From NCBI GenBank assembly GCA_902544065.1, contig CACCAS010000002.1, positions 132,669 through 196,668 of the forward strand: DNA of 64,000 bases, given 5' to 3'. The stretch is from an uncultured Pelagibacteraceae bacterium (GTDB lineage Bacteria > Pseudomonadota > Alphaproteobacteria > Pelagibacterales > AG-422-B15). The position numbers and the translations under genes were made by a program. Each line of letters opens with the position of its first letter. Within the stretch, counting starts at the first letter, position 1. This document shows, piece by piece, positions 51,079 through 60,651 of this stretch. The notes beneath the pieces were generated by a model. The model did not search any database and had not been told where the DNA came from. It saw nothing but the letters and a program-made list of their open reading frames with translations.

Positions 51079-52482
51079 ATGCCTAAATCCACATCACAAT
51101 CAGCCAAAAACGATTTAAAGAATACTCTAGACGATAGAATTCTTCACCCATGGCAATACTTAGAATACAGAGGTGAAGATGATCGAACATTTATTGATAA
51201 GTCTGAGGGAATTTACCTTTATGACAAAACAGGAAAAAAACTAATTGATGGACCTGGAGGCATGTGGAATGTCAATGTTGGTCATAGTGTTAAAGAAATT
51301 GCGGATGCAGTTTATAATCAAATTACTAAAATGCCTTATGCAAGTCCGTTTACTGAATCAACAGAAATAGCTCACGACTATGCATCAAGACTTGTTCAAT
51401 ACGCACCTGGTGATTTAAAGAGGATTTTTTTTACCTCTGGGGGATCGTCTGCTGTGGACTCAGCATTACGATTTGTAATGTTCTATAATAATATTCTAGG
51501 CCGAAAAGAAAAAAAACAAATCATATCAAGAAACGATGCTTACCATGGCAGTACATTTTTAGGAGCTTCTTGTTCAGGCAAGGAAAGAGATAAAAATAAT
51601 TTTGATTTTGCAAGTAATATTGTTCATCATATTTCATCTCCTAATCCTTTTCGTAAACCTGATGATCTTACTGACGAAGAATTCTGTGATCTAAAAGTTC
51701 AAGAATTAGAAAACAAAATAATTGAAATTGGCGCTGACAAGGTAGCTGCTTTCATTGCTGAACCTATCTTAGCTTCAGGTGGCGTGATTGTCCCACCAAA
51801 AGGTTATCATAAGAAGACACATGAAATTTGTAAAAAACATGATGTGTTGTATATTTCTGACGAAATCGTCACTGGCTTTGGAAGACTTGGTCACATTTTT
51901 GCTTCAGAAAATCATTTTGATTTTACACCAGATATTATTCTTTTGGCTAAGGGGATTACATCTGGATATGTGCCTTGTGGAGCAGTTGTTATATCAGAGC
52001 GATTGATGTCCAAATTAGATAATAAAGAGAAAGTAATTTTTTCAAACGGTTTTACAGATTCAGGGCATCCTGTTAGTATGGCCGCCGCAACTGCAACTTT
52101 AGACTACATTGAAAAAACAAACTTACTTGATCACGTAAAAGATGTTGGCCCTTATTTTCAAGCAAAATTGAGAGAGCTTACTGATTTGCCAATTGTTGGT
52201 GAAGTTAGAGGTGAAGGTCTAATGGCTGCAGTAGAATGTGTAGGCAATAAAGATAAAAAAGATCCACTGAATTTGTCCTATGAGATTGGCTCTAGGATTA
52301 ATGAACATTGCCAGCAACTTGGTTTAATTGTACGACCATTATTTAGTACATGCGTCATGTCACCGTCATTAATTATCACGAAGGAACAAATTGATGACCT
52401 TGTTTCTATTTTGCGTAAAGGCATAGAGTTAGCAACTGATGATATCAAAAAAGAAGGTCTCTGGTCAGCAACTTCAAATTAA
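51079..52482 (+). CDS. Class III PLP aminotransferase
   Basis: LHPW, DGPGGMW, YHGST, AEPILASGG, DEIVTGFGR, LAKG, SGHP. Confidence 0.88.
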   Translation: MPKSTSQSAKNDLKNTLDDRILHPWQYLEYRGEDDRTFIDKSEGIYLYDKTGKKLIDGPGGMWNVNVGHSVKEIADAVYNQITKMPYASPFTESTEIAHDYASRLVQYAPGDLKRIFFTSGGSSAVDSALRFVMFYNNILGRKEKKQIISRNDAYHGSTFLGASCSGKERDKNNFDFASNIVHHISSPNPFRKPDDLTDEEFCDLKVQELENKIIEIGADKVAAFIAEPILASGGVIVPPKGYHKKTHEICKKHDVLYISDEIVTGFGRLGHIFASENHFDFTPDIILLAKGITSGYVPCGAVVISERLMSKLDNKEKVIFSNGFTDSGHPVSMAAATATLDYIEKTNLLDHVKDVGPYFQAKLRELTDLPIVGEVRGEGLMAAVECVGNKDKKDPLNLSYEIGSRINEHCQQLGLIVRPLFSTCVMSPSLIITKEQIDDLVSILRKGIELATDDIKKEGLWSATSN

Positions 52483-53720
52483 TGACCTTTTTTAATCAAC
52501 TTAAAGAAAGATATGAAGAAGGAAAGACTCTTCCGCAAGAGTTTTATACAGACGAAGAAATATTCTCTGATGAAATGATAAAAATTTATTTCAAACAGTG
52601 GCTGATGGTTGATCATGTTAGCCGTATTCCAAACCCTGGAGATTATTTTTTATTTAACGCAGAAAAAGAGTCAATAATTCTAATACGTGGAAGGGATAGT
52701 CAAGTTAGAGCTTTTTACAATGTTTGTTCTCATCGTGGTTCAAGAATATGTTTGGAAGAAGAAGGAACAAAAAAACTGTTAGTTTGTCCATATCACGCTT
52801 GGAGTTTCTCTGCAGAGGGAGAATTAAAGTCAGCACGCTATATGCCAGATGATTTTAAAATGGAAGATTGGGGTTTAAAGCCTTGTCATATGAATATCTA
52901 TCAAGGCTTGATATTCATAAATCTTTCAATGGATGAACCAATGGATTTCAATGAGTTTATTGCTCCATTGACTGAGCTTGTAAATTTTCATAATCCTGAA
53001 AAGGCAAAGATTGCTGCTAGACGAAAATATCCTACGAAAGCTAATTTCAAACTTGTCCTAGAAAATTTTCAAGAATGCTATCACTGTGGTCCAGCACATC
53101 CAGAGCTATGCTCAGTACATGAAAAAGACTGGGTATTCACAATGGGTGCCGGTCTTGGAACAGCCCCGGAAAAAGAAACACTAGAATATTTAAAAAAGAT
53201 TCAACCATGGATTGAGGATTGCAAAACAAAAGGAATCCCCACAAAAACATATTTAGAAACTGAAGAAGGATTAAGTAAGGGATTAAATCGATACGTAGAC
53301 CGTACACCCATTGGAAATGGAAATTTATCACAAACTAAAGATGGCAAACCAGCCTCTAAACTAATGGGTCAGTTTAAAGAATTTGATGGTGGCTTATCCC
53401 AAGTTAGTTTTAATCCTTTTAGCTGTTGTTACTTTACAAATGATTTTGGAGTTATGTTTATATTTAAACCATTATCAATTTTGCAGTCTGAAGTCGAATT
53501 GATTTGGTTAGTCAATGAGGAAGCTGAAGAAGGCAAAGATTTTAATGAAGAAAACCTTACTCACATATGGGACGTAACCACTGCACATGACACAACTATT
53601 ATTGAAAATAATCAAAATGGTTTGTTGTCTCATTCATTTAGTCCTGGAGTACTCTCACAGAACGAGTCTGCCGTCACGTATTTTTATGATTGGTATTTTA
53701 CCAATATGAGACTACCATGA
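52482..53720 (+). CDS. Rieske non-heme iron oxygenase alpha subunit (GbcA/CntA/Stc2-like)
   Basis: Rieske ligands NVCSHRG and CPYHAW; catalytic ENFQECYHC...H; C-terminal D....NQ.G. Confidence 0.9.
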   Translation: MTFFNQLKERYEEGKTLPQEFYTDEEIFSDEMIKIYFKQWLMVDHVSRIPNPGDYFLFNAEKESIILIRGRDSQVRAFYNVCSHRGSRICLEEEGTKKLLVCPYHAWSFSAEGELKSARYMPDDFKMEDWGLKPCHMNIYQGLIFINLSMDEPMDFNEFIAPLTELVNFHNPEKAKIAARRKYPTKANFKLVLENFQECYHCGPAHPELCSVHEKDWVFTMGAGLGTAPEKETLEYLKKIQPWIEDCKTKGIPTKTYLETEEGLSKGLNRYVDRTPIGNGNLSQTKDGKPASKLMGQFKEFDGGLSQVSFNPFSCCYFTNDFGVMFIFKPLSILQSEVELIWLVNEEAEEGKDFNEENLTHIWDVTTAHDTTIIENNQNGLLSHSFSPGVLSQNESAVTYFYDWYFTNMRLP

Positions 53721-53737
53721 TGTAGGACAAATTTCTT

Positions 53738-55093
53738 ATGAAGCAGCTGTACAACAAGGATATTTACGACGTTAATAAACCAGTAGAAAGCTATTGGGAA
53801 GAGGTCAGCAGCATTGACCAAAATAAGTATCCAGAATTAGTTGGAGATCAATCATGTGATGTATGTGTTATTGGAGGTGGCTTTACAGGCATTAGTACGG
53901 CTTATCATATTGCAAAAAATTATGGTGGAGATGTAAGAGTGTTAGAATCTGGGCACTATGGTTTTGCAAGTAGTGCAAGGAATGCAGGTTTTTGCTGTTT
54001 ACCAGCTACAAAGTTATCAACCACACAATTAATAAAAAAGTTTGGTATGGAAGAGACAAAGAAATTTTTTTCATCTCAAATTGAAGGTGTTGATCTTCTT
54101 GCAGCTATCATATCAGAAAATAATATTGATTGTGAAAAAGTAGGTGATGGCAACCTTGATGTAGCTCACCATCCAGGCAGCAGTGAAGAATTAAAAGAAT
54201 GGGGAAATGAACTGAAAGAGTATTTTGGTATTAATACAAAATGGATACCTAAAGAAGAATTTGATGAAGTTGGACATCAATCAACTGAACAATTTGGAGC
54301 AGTTTTTACAGAGGCTGGATTTGCAATGAATCCTATGGCGTTTATGCGAGGCTTTGCATCAGCAACTGTAGATGCAGGTGCAAAATTACATAGTTTTTCA
54401 AGAGTAAAAAAATGGGAGAGAAATGGATCACATAAGCTAATAACAGATAGTGGATCAATTACTGCAAATAAAGTTGTTGTAGCGACTAATGGCTACACAG
54501 ATGAGTCACTTCATCCAAGTTTTGCAAATCGAATGATGCCAGTCCTATCAAATATTATTGTTACCAGAGAAATGAGTGATGATGAATTTAAGTTACAAAA
54601 CTACAAAACTTTAAATCCTATATGTAATTCTAGAGAAATTTTATATTATTATAGAAGGATGCCTTCTAACAGAATGTTGTTTGGCACAAGAGGTGATACT
54701 TATGGTGATGATGCAAGTGCACTAAAAATGAGAGAATTTATGACTCAAAAATTTAGAGGCGTTTTTCCTAATTGGAATAATATTGATATTGATCACTACT
54801 GGAGAGGTACAGTTGTAATGACTAGAGACTTTGTACCTGCATTTGGCGCATTGGATGACGACAAGTCAGTGTTATTTTCATATGGCTATCAAGCAAATGG
54901 TAACAATACTACAGTTTATTGTGGAAAGAAGTTGGCTGAGATGATCTATGAATCCAATAGCGGAGAAACTAATATTTCAAAAGTCTATCAAGGACTCTCT
55001 CCAAAAATACCACTAGGATTTTTAAGATTATGGTATTTAAGACTATATCTATGGTATTCAAATTTTACGGATAAAAGTAAAAAAGAAATATAA
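53738..55093 (+). CDS. FAD-dependent oxidoreductase (PuuB/DadA-like)
   Basis: SYW, IGGGFTG, AS.RNAGF, ATNGY. Confidence 0.85.
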   Translation: MKQLYNKDIYDVNKPVESYWEEVSSIDQNKYPELVGDQSCDVCVIGGGFTGISTAYHIAKNYGGDVRVLESGHYGFASSARNAGFCCLPATKLSTTQLIKKFGMEETKKFFSSQIEGVDLLAAIISENNIDCEKVGDGNLDVAHHPGSSEELKEWGNELKEYFGINTKWIPKEEFDEVGHQSTEQFGAVFTEAGFAMNPMAFMRGFASATVDAGAKLHSFSRVKKWERNGSHKLITDSGSITANKVVVATNGYTDESLHPSFANRMMPVLSNIIVTREMSDDEFKLQNYKTLNPICNSREILYYYRRMPSNRMLFGTRGDTYGDDASALKMREFMTQKFRGVFPNWNNIDIDHYWRGTVVMTRDFVPAFGALDDDKSVLFSYGYQANGNNTTVYCGKKLAEMIYESNSGETNISKVYQGLSPKIPLGFLRLWYLRLYLWYSNFTDKSKKEI

Positions 55094-55094
55094 A

Positions 55095-55123
55095 TTGCAT
55101 CTATTATTTATATAAATTAAAAT
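55095..55123 (+). promoter_or_regulatory. sigma70 promoter of the Pot-type permease genes (probably leaderless)
   Basis: TTGCAT-N17-TAAAAT, ATG 6 nt downstream. Confidence 0.5.
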
Positions 55124-55129
55124 TTTCTA

Positions 55130-56014
55130 ATGTTACAAGTTTGGAAGTCTTTTTATGCAAGGAGTGATCCTGCAAAAGCTTATTCACTTCTTTCTCCTGC
55201 ATTGATCCTGGTTACTTTAGCTATGCTTATACCGTTAGGTCTAATGTTAAGTTTTAGTTTTTTTACTCAAACCAGTTTTACAGAGATTGACTACTCTTTT
55301 ACAATCACAAGGTACATTGATTTTTTTCAAAGTAATTTGCTTGTTTCACTACTTATAAAATCTGTGAAGATTTCGTTTATTGTAACTTTCGTAACTCTTC
55401 TTACCGCATATCCTGTCTGTTATTACATAGCTTTTTATGTAAAAAAAAATAAAATGTTATGGCTTGTTTTACTCACTTTACCTTTCTGGACATCCTATCT
55501 TTTGAGAGTTTTTTCTTGGAAAATTATACTTGGAACTAAAGGAGTCATTAATTCCTCTTTAATTAATGCGGGACTGCTTAGTGAACCTCTCACTTTTCTA
55601 ATGTACTCTGAGACCGCAGTTATCATAACGCTTACCCATGCATGGGCAGCATTTGCTTTACTGCCTTTGTATGTTTCATTGGATAAAATAGATTTTTCTC
55701 TAATTGAAGCTGCCAGAGACTTAGGATTGTCTAGGTTAGAAACTTTTTGGAAAATTACTCTTCCATTATCCCTTCCTGGAATAATTGGCGCCATACTAAT
55801 TATCTTTATTCCAACTGTTGGAGATTATGTAACCCCTGCTCTACTTGGGGGAACTGATGGAAGAATGCTATCAAATATGATCCAAGCTTACTTTGGAAAA
55901 GTAAACAACCTTCCGCTTGGTGCCGCCTCTGCGACCATCATGCTTATTACTGTAGCAATAGTGACAATGATTGTTTCATATACAACAAAAAAACTTACTC
56001 AAAGGATTTCATAA
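55130..56014 (+). CDS. potB: PotB-like ABC permease
   Basis: LPFWTSYLLR..SW, EAARDLG, LPLSLPG, GDYVTP.LLGG. Confidence 0.85.
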   Translation: MLQVWKSFYARSDPAKAYSLLSPALILVTLAMLIPLGLMLSFSFFTQTSFTEIDYSFTITRYIDFFQSNLLVSLLIKSVKISFIVTFVTLLTAYPVCYYIAFYVKKNKMLWLVLLTLPFWTSYLLRVFSWKIILGTKGVINSSLINAGLLSEPLTFLMYSETAVIITLTHAWAAFALLPLYVSLDKIDFSLIEAARDLGLSRLETFWKITLPLSLPGIIGAILIIFIPTVGDYVTPALLGGTDGRMLSNMIQAYFGKVNNLPLGAASATIMLITVAIVTMIVSYTTKKLTQRIS

Positions 56015-56830
56015 GTGGAACAAAAGAACAATACATTGTTAATCTATACATTATTGTATTTTGCATTTTTATATATTCCTGTTTTATTCTTGCCCATTTT
56101 CAGTTTTAACGACGCAAATTACATGTCATTTCCACTTTCAGGATTTACAACAGAGCATTATGAAGAAATGTGGGAAAAAACAAACTTACATAAAGCTCTT
56201 TGGGCTAGTATCAAAGTAGGTATAGTTGCAAGTGTCGTCAGTACAACAATTGCACTTTTTGCAGCCAAAGCATTCGCACGTTATAAATTCAGAGGGCAAA
56301 ATATTTCTTATGGGGCCATTATGATTCCTTTTTTAATCCCTGAAATTATTTTAGCGGTTGCAATACTTGTTATTTGGTTGAGCCTCGGTTTTAAATTGGG
56401 ACTTGTGCCGGTAACTTTAGGACATATTCTTTTTTGTACTCCATTTGCAATGCTTATTTTAATCGCTCGTATAGAAGGATTTGATTTCTCACTTGAGGAA
56501 GCCTCAAGAGACCTTGGGGAAAACGCTTGGGGGACATTTTACCGAGTATCTCTTCCATTATACTTACCAGGCATAATAGCTTCACTTTTATTGAGTTTTA
56601 TAATTTCATTTGATGAATTTGTTCTGGCATTCTTCTTAACTGGAAGCGATGCTACATTGCCAATGTACATGTGGGCTCAAATGAGATTTATTCAAAAACT
56701 ACCTCATGTATTGGCTTTAGGAGCAGTTATAATTGTATTTACTACTTTTATAGTTTTGTTAGCATTCTGGTTGAGAAACCTTGGTCAAGGAAAAGACAAA
56801 GCTGAATTTGGAATAAAAATACATGAATGA
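56015..56830 (+). CDS. potC: PotC-like ABC permease
   Basis: FLYIP...FSFN, LEEASRDLG, SFDEF, TLP; GTG start. Confidence 0.85.
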   Translation: MEQKNNTLLIYTLLYFAFLYIPVLFLPIFSFNDANYMSFPLSGFTTEHYEEMWEKTNLHKALWASIKVGIVASVVSTTIALFAAKAFARYKFRGQNISYGAIMIPFLIPEIILAVAILVIWLSLGFKLGLVPVTLGHILFCTPFAMLILIARIEGFDFSLEEASRDLGENAWGTFYRVSLPLYLPGIIASLLLSFIISFDEFVLAFFLTGSDATLPMYMWAQMRFIQKLPHVLALGAVIIVFTTFIVLLAFWLRNLGQGKDKAEFGIKIHE

Positions 56831-57905
56831 TTCATTTATACAGATAAACGAGATTTCCAAGCACTTTGGACAAGTAAAGGCAGTAGATAATGTATCCTTT
56901 GAAATCAAAGAGGGAGAGTTTTTCTCTCTACTTGGCCCGTCTGGTTGTGGTAAAACAACCTTATTGAGATTATTAGCCGGCTTTGAGTATCCAACTAGTG
57001 GAAATCTATTACTTGATGGCAGTGATATTACCGCATTACCTCCTGATAAAAGACCTACAAATATGGTTTTTCAGAACTACGCAATTTTTCCACACATAAA
57101 CGTTGAGAAAAATGTTCAGTTTGGTCTTAGAAAACTTGGCTTAACAAACGATGAAATTATCAAAAGAGTCAAGGATGTTTTGTCGTTGGTTAAATTAGAA
57201 GGATATGAAGAACGCTATAGTAGCCAACTATCTGGAGGTCAAAGACAAAGAGTGGCATTAGCAAGGGCTTTAGTAAGACAACCCAAAGTATTATTGTTGG
57301 ATGAACCACTTGGTGCATTAGATAAAAAGTTACGTGACGAAATGCAACTCGAACTGAGAACTCTTCAAAAGGAGATTGGAATAACTTTTGTGTTTGTAAC
57401 GCATGACCAGCAAGAGGCTATTAGTATGTCTGACCGAGTTGCAGTAATGAGTGAAGGGAAAATTCAGCAGATGTCATCTCCAAACGAATTATATAAAAAT
57501 CCTCAAAATATATTTGTTAGTGACTTTATTGGTGAAACTAATTTTTTAAAAGCTAAGACAGATTCTAAAGATGGAGAATATATTATTGTTAACATTGAAG
57601 ATCTTGGTTCATTTAAAATAAAAAATAATCTCAATATAAGTGAAAATGCCTCAGATGTTATTTGCAGTGTTCGTCCAGAGACAATGATGATTGACAAAGA
57701 AAAATCAGACTGGGATATTTGCTTAGAAGGTAAAATCAAGCAAACATCATATCTAGGTGAAATGACAAAATTTTACGTTGAAACTAAAGAAATTGAAAAA
57801 ATTATAACCGTATCATCACAATATTTTGATAATCAGTCTTTTCAAGATGGTAAATGCTTTATCAGCATAAATTTAAACGATATTTCCTTACTCAATAAAA
57901 AATAG
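56823..57905 (+). CDS. potA: PotA-like ABC ATPase
   Basis: GPSGCGKTT, FQNYAIFPH, LSGGQRQR, LDEPLGALD, C-terminal TOBE-like region. Confidence 0.9.
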   Translation: MNDSFIQINEISKHFGQVKAVDNVSFEIKEGEFFSLLGPSGCGKTTLLRLLAGFEYPTSGNLLLDGSDITALPPDKRPTNMVFQNYAIFPHINVEKNVQFGLRKLGLTNDEIIKRVKDVLSLVKLEGYEERYSSQLSGGQRQRVALARALVRQPKVLLLDEPLGALDKKLRDEMQLELRTLQKEIGITFVFVTHDQQEAISMSDRVAVMSEGKIQQMSSPNELYKNPQNIFVSDFIGETNFLKAKTDSKDGEYIIVNIEDLGSFKIKNNLNISENASDVICSVRPETMMIDKEKSDWDICLEGKIKQTSYLGEMTKFYVETKEIEKIITVSSQYFDNQSFQDGKCFISINLNDISLLNKK

Positions 57906-57934
57906 CCTGTTCTCTTTTGAGAACAGGCTATTTT
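57899..57934. terminator. Bidirectional intrinsic terminator
   Basis: Perfect 16-bp inverted repeat AAAATAGCCTGTTCTC-TTTT-GAGAACAGGCTATTTT between convergent genes. Confidence 0.9.
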
Positions 57935-57956
57935 AAATTAGTCTATTAGCAGTGAA

Positions 57957-59036
57957 TTAACCGCCAGCCACCATTTCAGCCCACTGAGCTTCCATGTAGT
58001 CGGTAACCTCGTCAGTTGGCATCACTGAGAACATTCCATTATTTAAATGTTCTATAGGATTTGAAGCAACACCACGCTCAGCTAATTCATCAGCTGTAAG
58101 AGTGCTAAAGCCAGCTTTATTACTGTGTCCATAACCCCACTCACTTAATAAGTAAGCAGACGTTTCAGCACTAGTAGCACCGTTAATCATTGCGTATGCT
58201 TTATCAAGATCTGCACCTTTAACAATTGCAAGACCACACGCCCAAGTCATTGTGCCATTAGCAGGTTGCATCATTTTTGCTCCTGCACTCCATGCTATTT
58301 CGTTCCATCCTAGTGCTACGTCAATTTCTTCGTTTCCTAGGGCCTCTATCATTGAAGATGTATCTCCGAAGAATGCACGAATTTGACCATTATCTCTCAT
58401 TTCACGAAACTTATCGATACCTTGGTCAATAGCAGCTTTTGTTAACTGATCTTGCTCTCTGATGTCAATTCCAAGATGGTGCATCATTAAAAACAGTGAA
58501 TCTGCAGCTGAGTCTAAGATACCAACTTTACCTTTTACTCTTGGGTCTTCCATTAGCGCAAAGCTCTCGTTAGAGGCATCCATCCAATCAACTCTGTCTG
58601 CCATGTAAAACAATGTAGTATCTCCCCAGTCCACTGGTGCGAAATAATGCTTGCCATCAACAATGCCACTTGGCAGGTCTCTAACCTCAGGGAACATCTC
58701 ATCCCAGTTTTCAATCCTTGATGGATCAAGTGGTTCTAATACGCCTGCTCTCACCCATCTTTTTATTTCACCTTGACATGGCCATGCTAAGTCAACTTCA
58801 AAACCTGCTTTTAGTTTTTGCAATCCTTCTTCAGCATCACCAAAGATTGAGTATTCAGGGGAACCATGCTCTTCAGCGTATGTTCCAAATAGGCCATCAT
58901 CATCATAGCCACCCCACAAGAAGACTGATCCAGGTCCTGGCTTAGACTGTGCAACTTCTTCTTCTTGTTGAGAACATGCAGCAATAAGAGCTATTAAAGC
59001 TGCTCCCAATAGAACTGTAAATATTGATTTTTTCAT
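57957..59036 (-). CDS. PotD/PotF-like ABC substrate-binding protein, predicted lipoprotein
   Basis: Lipobox IAAC, WGGY, KLKAG, P.DWG, W.CGLAI, AYAMIN; AAGGA SD. Confidence 0.82.
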   Translation of the reverse strand: MKKSIFTVLLGAALIALIAACSQQEEEVAQSKPGPGSVFLWGGYDDDGLFGTYAEEHGSPEYSIFGDAEEGLQKLKAGFEVDLAWPCQGEIKRWVRAGVLEPLDPSRIENWDEMFPEVRDLPSGIVDGKHYFAPVDWGDTTLFYMADRVDWMDASNESFALMEDPRVKGKVGILDSAADSLFLMMHHLGIDIREQDQLTKAAIDQGIDKFREMRDNGQIRAFFGDTSSMIEALGNEEIDVALGWNEIAWSAGAKMMQPANGTMTWACGLAIVKGADLDKAYAMINGATSAETSAYLLSEWGYGHSNKAGFSTLTADELAERGVASNPIEHLNNGMFSVMPTDEVTDYMEAQWAEMVAGG

Positions 59037-59102
59037 TATTAATCATCCTTTTTATTTGTTTAGAAGAAAAATTGTACACCTATAAGGTCGTTGGTCAATA
59101 TA

Positions 59103-60599
59103 TTAAAGGTGAATCAAGGGGCGATTTTTGTTTGAATTAAGCCATGGATCTAACATTTCGTAGTTGTACCCACCCTGGAATACCAATTCATCGCAGTAAG
59201 ATCGCGAAATAATTTGGATTCCTGTTGGAATATTGTTAGAGCTTAATCCTGAAGGGACTGTTAGGACTGGTAATTTCCCCAACATATTAAATGGATGTGA
59301 CATAACCCAAGAAAAATCATTACACTTCTGCTCTTTATTATTGATAACGATATTTTCATTAACAATATCAATATCAGCCTTAATTGAAGGTAAAGAGTTT
59401 GTAGGACATATAAATAAATCGTAACTGTCTAATATTGGTCCAATTTCTGAATACATTCGGCCTGTGATTTCTGAGCTTTCAATAACATCGTATCCAACAT
59501 AAGCCCCTATTTTATCATGATAGTACTTCTCATTATTTTGTATCGCTCTGATATGTAATTCAGGGACTTCAGCAAACATTTTTGCATAATCAGTTAATAG
59601 TCTTTTTTCATCGTTTGAAAATTTTGCAATGAGGCCATAAAATGAATTAGCGTAATGACTAAAGCAAACCGAATTTACTTCATCTCGACTCCAATTTAAT
59701 TTTACTTCTGTAATTGATGCGCCAAGAGCCTCAAATTTTTTTAAGGCCTCTAATGTATTTTTTTCAACTTCTTCATCAACCTCAAAAAATCCAAGATCAA
59801 GTGAATAAGCAATTTTCCAGTTCTTAATATTCTCAAACTTAATAGGAATAATTTTTTTAGGTCTTAGTGAGGCAATATCATTTTTATTTGGACCACTCAT
59901 AACATTTTGCATAAGGGCACAATCACTAACAGTTCTCGCAAGGGGACCAACAACACAATACGGATCATGATTAAAAGGATAACCCATTGGATTTCTTCCA
60001 TATGGAGGTTTGTAACCAACGACTCCGCAGGCCCCAGCAGGGATACGAATTGATCCACCTATATCACTACCAGTTGCAAGTGATGCACAACCCGATGCTA
60101 GTGCGGCAGCACTCCCTCCACTTGAACCTCCCGGTGTCATATCTAAGTTCCAGGGATTTCTTGTGACGCCATTCACTTTGGAATGGCAGAATGATGTCAG
60201 TGAAAACTCTGGGTTAGTTGTGCGCGCATGAATTATTGCACCAGAGTTTACAAGGGACTCTACATCTACGTCAGTTCTTTCTGCTATTACGTCTTTATAG
60301 ATTAAGCTTCCATTCTTATTAGGTTGTCCCTTTATATTAACTTCATCTTTAATTGCTAAAGGTAAACCTTCCAAAGGCAAAGTAGATTTATCTTCTGTAT
60401 ATTTTAATTCTGAATGTTTTGCTTCTTTCAATGCTTCTTCGAAGCGGAAAAAATTAAAAGCATTAATTTTTGGGTTTACATTTTCAATTCTTTTTATTGT
60501 CTCATTTAATAGCTCAACTGGAGACAAAGATTTATTTTTAAATTTTTCTAGGGCTTCAGAAGCTGATAAATAACAAATATCGAGGTCTAAACTGTTCAT
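59103..60599 (-). CDS. Amidase-signature family amidase
   Basis: GLPLAIKD, TRNPW, GGSSGGS, GSDIGGSIRIPA. Confidence 0.9.
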   Translation of the reverse strand: MNSLDLDICYLSASEALEKFKNKSLSPVELLNETIKRIENVNPKINAFNFFRFEEALKEAKHSELKYTEDKSTLPLEGLPLAIKDEVNIKGQPNKNGSLIYKDVIAERTDVDVESLVNSGAIIHARTTNPEFSLTSFCHSKVNGVTRNPWNLDMTPGGSSGGSAAALASGCASLATGSDIGGSIRIPAGACGVVGYKPPYGRNPMGYPFNHDPYCVVGPLARTVSDCALMQNVMSGPNKNDIASLRPKKIIPIKFENIKNWKIAYSLDLGFFEVDEEVEKNTLEALKKFEALGASITEVKLNWSRDEVNSVCFSHYANSFYGLIAKFSNDEKRLLTDYAKMFAEVPELHIRAIQNNEKYYHDKIGAYVGYDVIESSEITGRMYSEIGPILDSYDLFICPTNSLPSIKADIDIVNENIVINNKEQKCNDFSWVMSHPFNMLGKLPVLTVPSGLSSNNIPTGIQIISRSYCDELVFQGGYNYEMLDPWLNSNKNRPLIHL

Positions 60600-60651
60600 A
60601 AGATTATTTTATTTTAATTTATTAATTAATAAAATATATTGAATTCACACC

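Noticed and set aside
59103-60599. gatA (Glu-tRNA amidotransferase subunit A)
   Set aside because: No gatB/gatC adjacent; only the generic amidase signature in a catabolic context.
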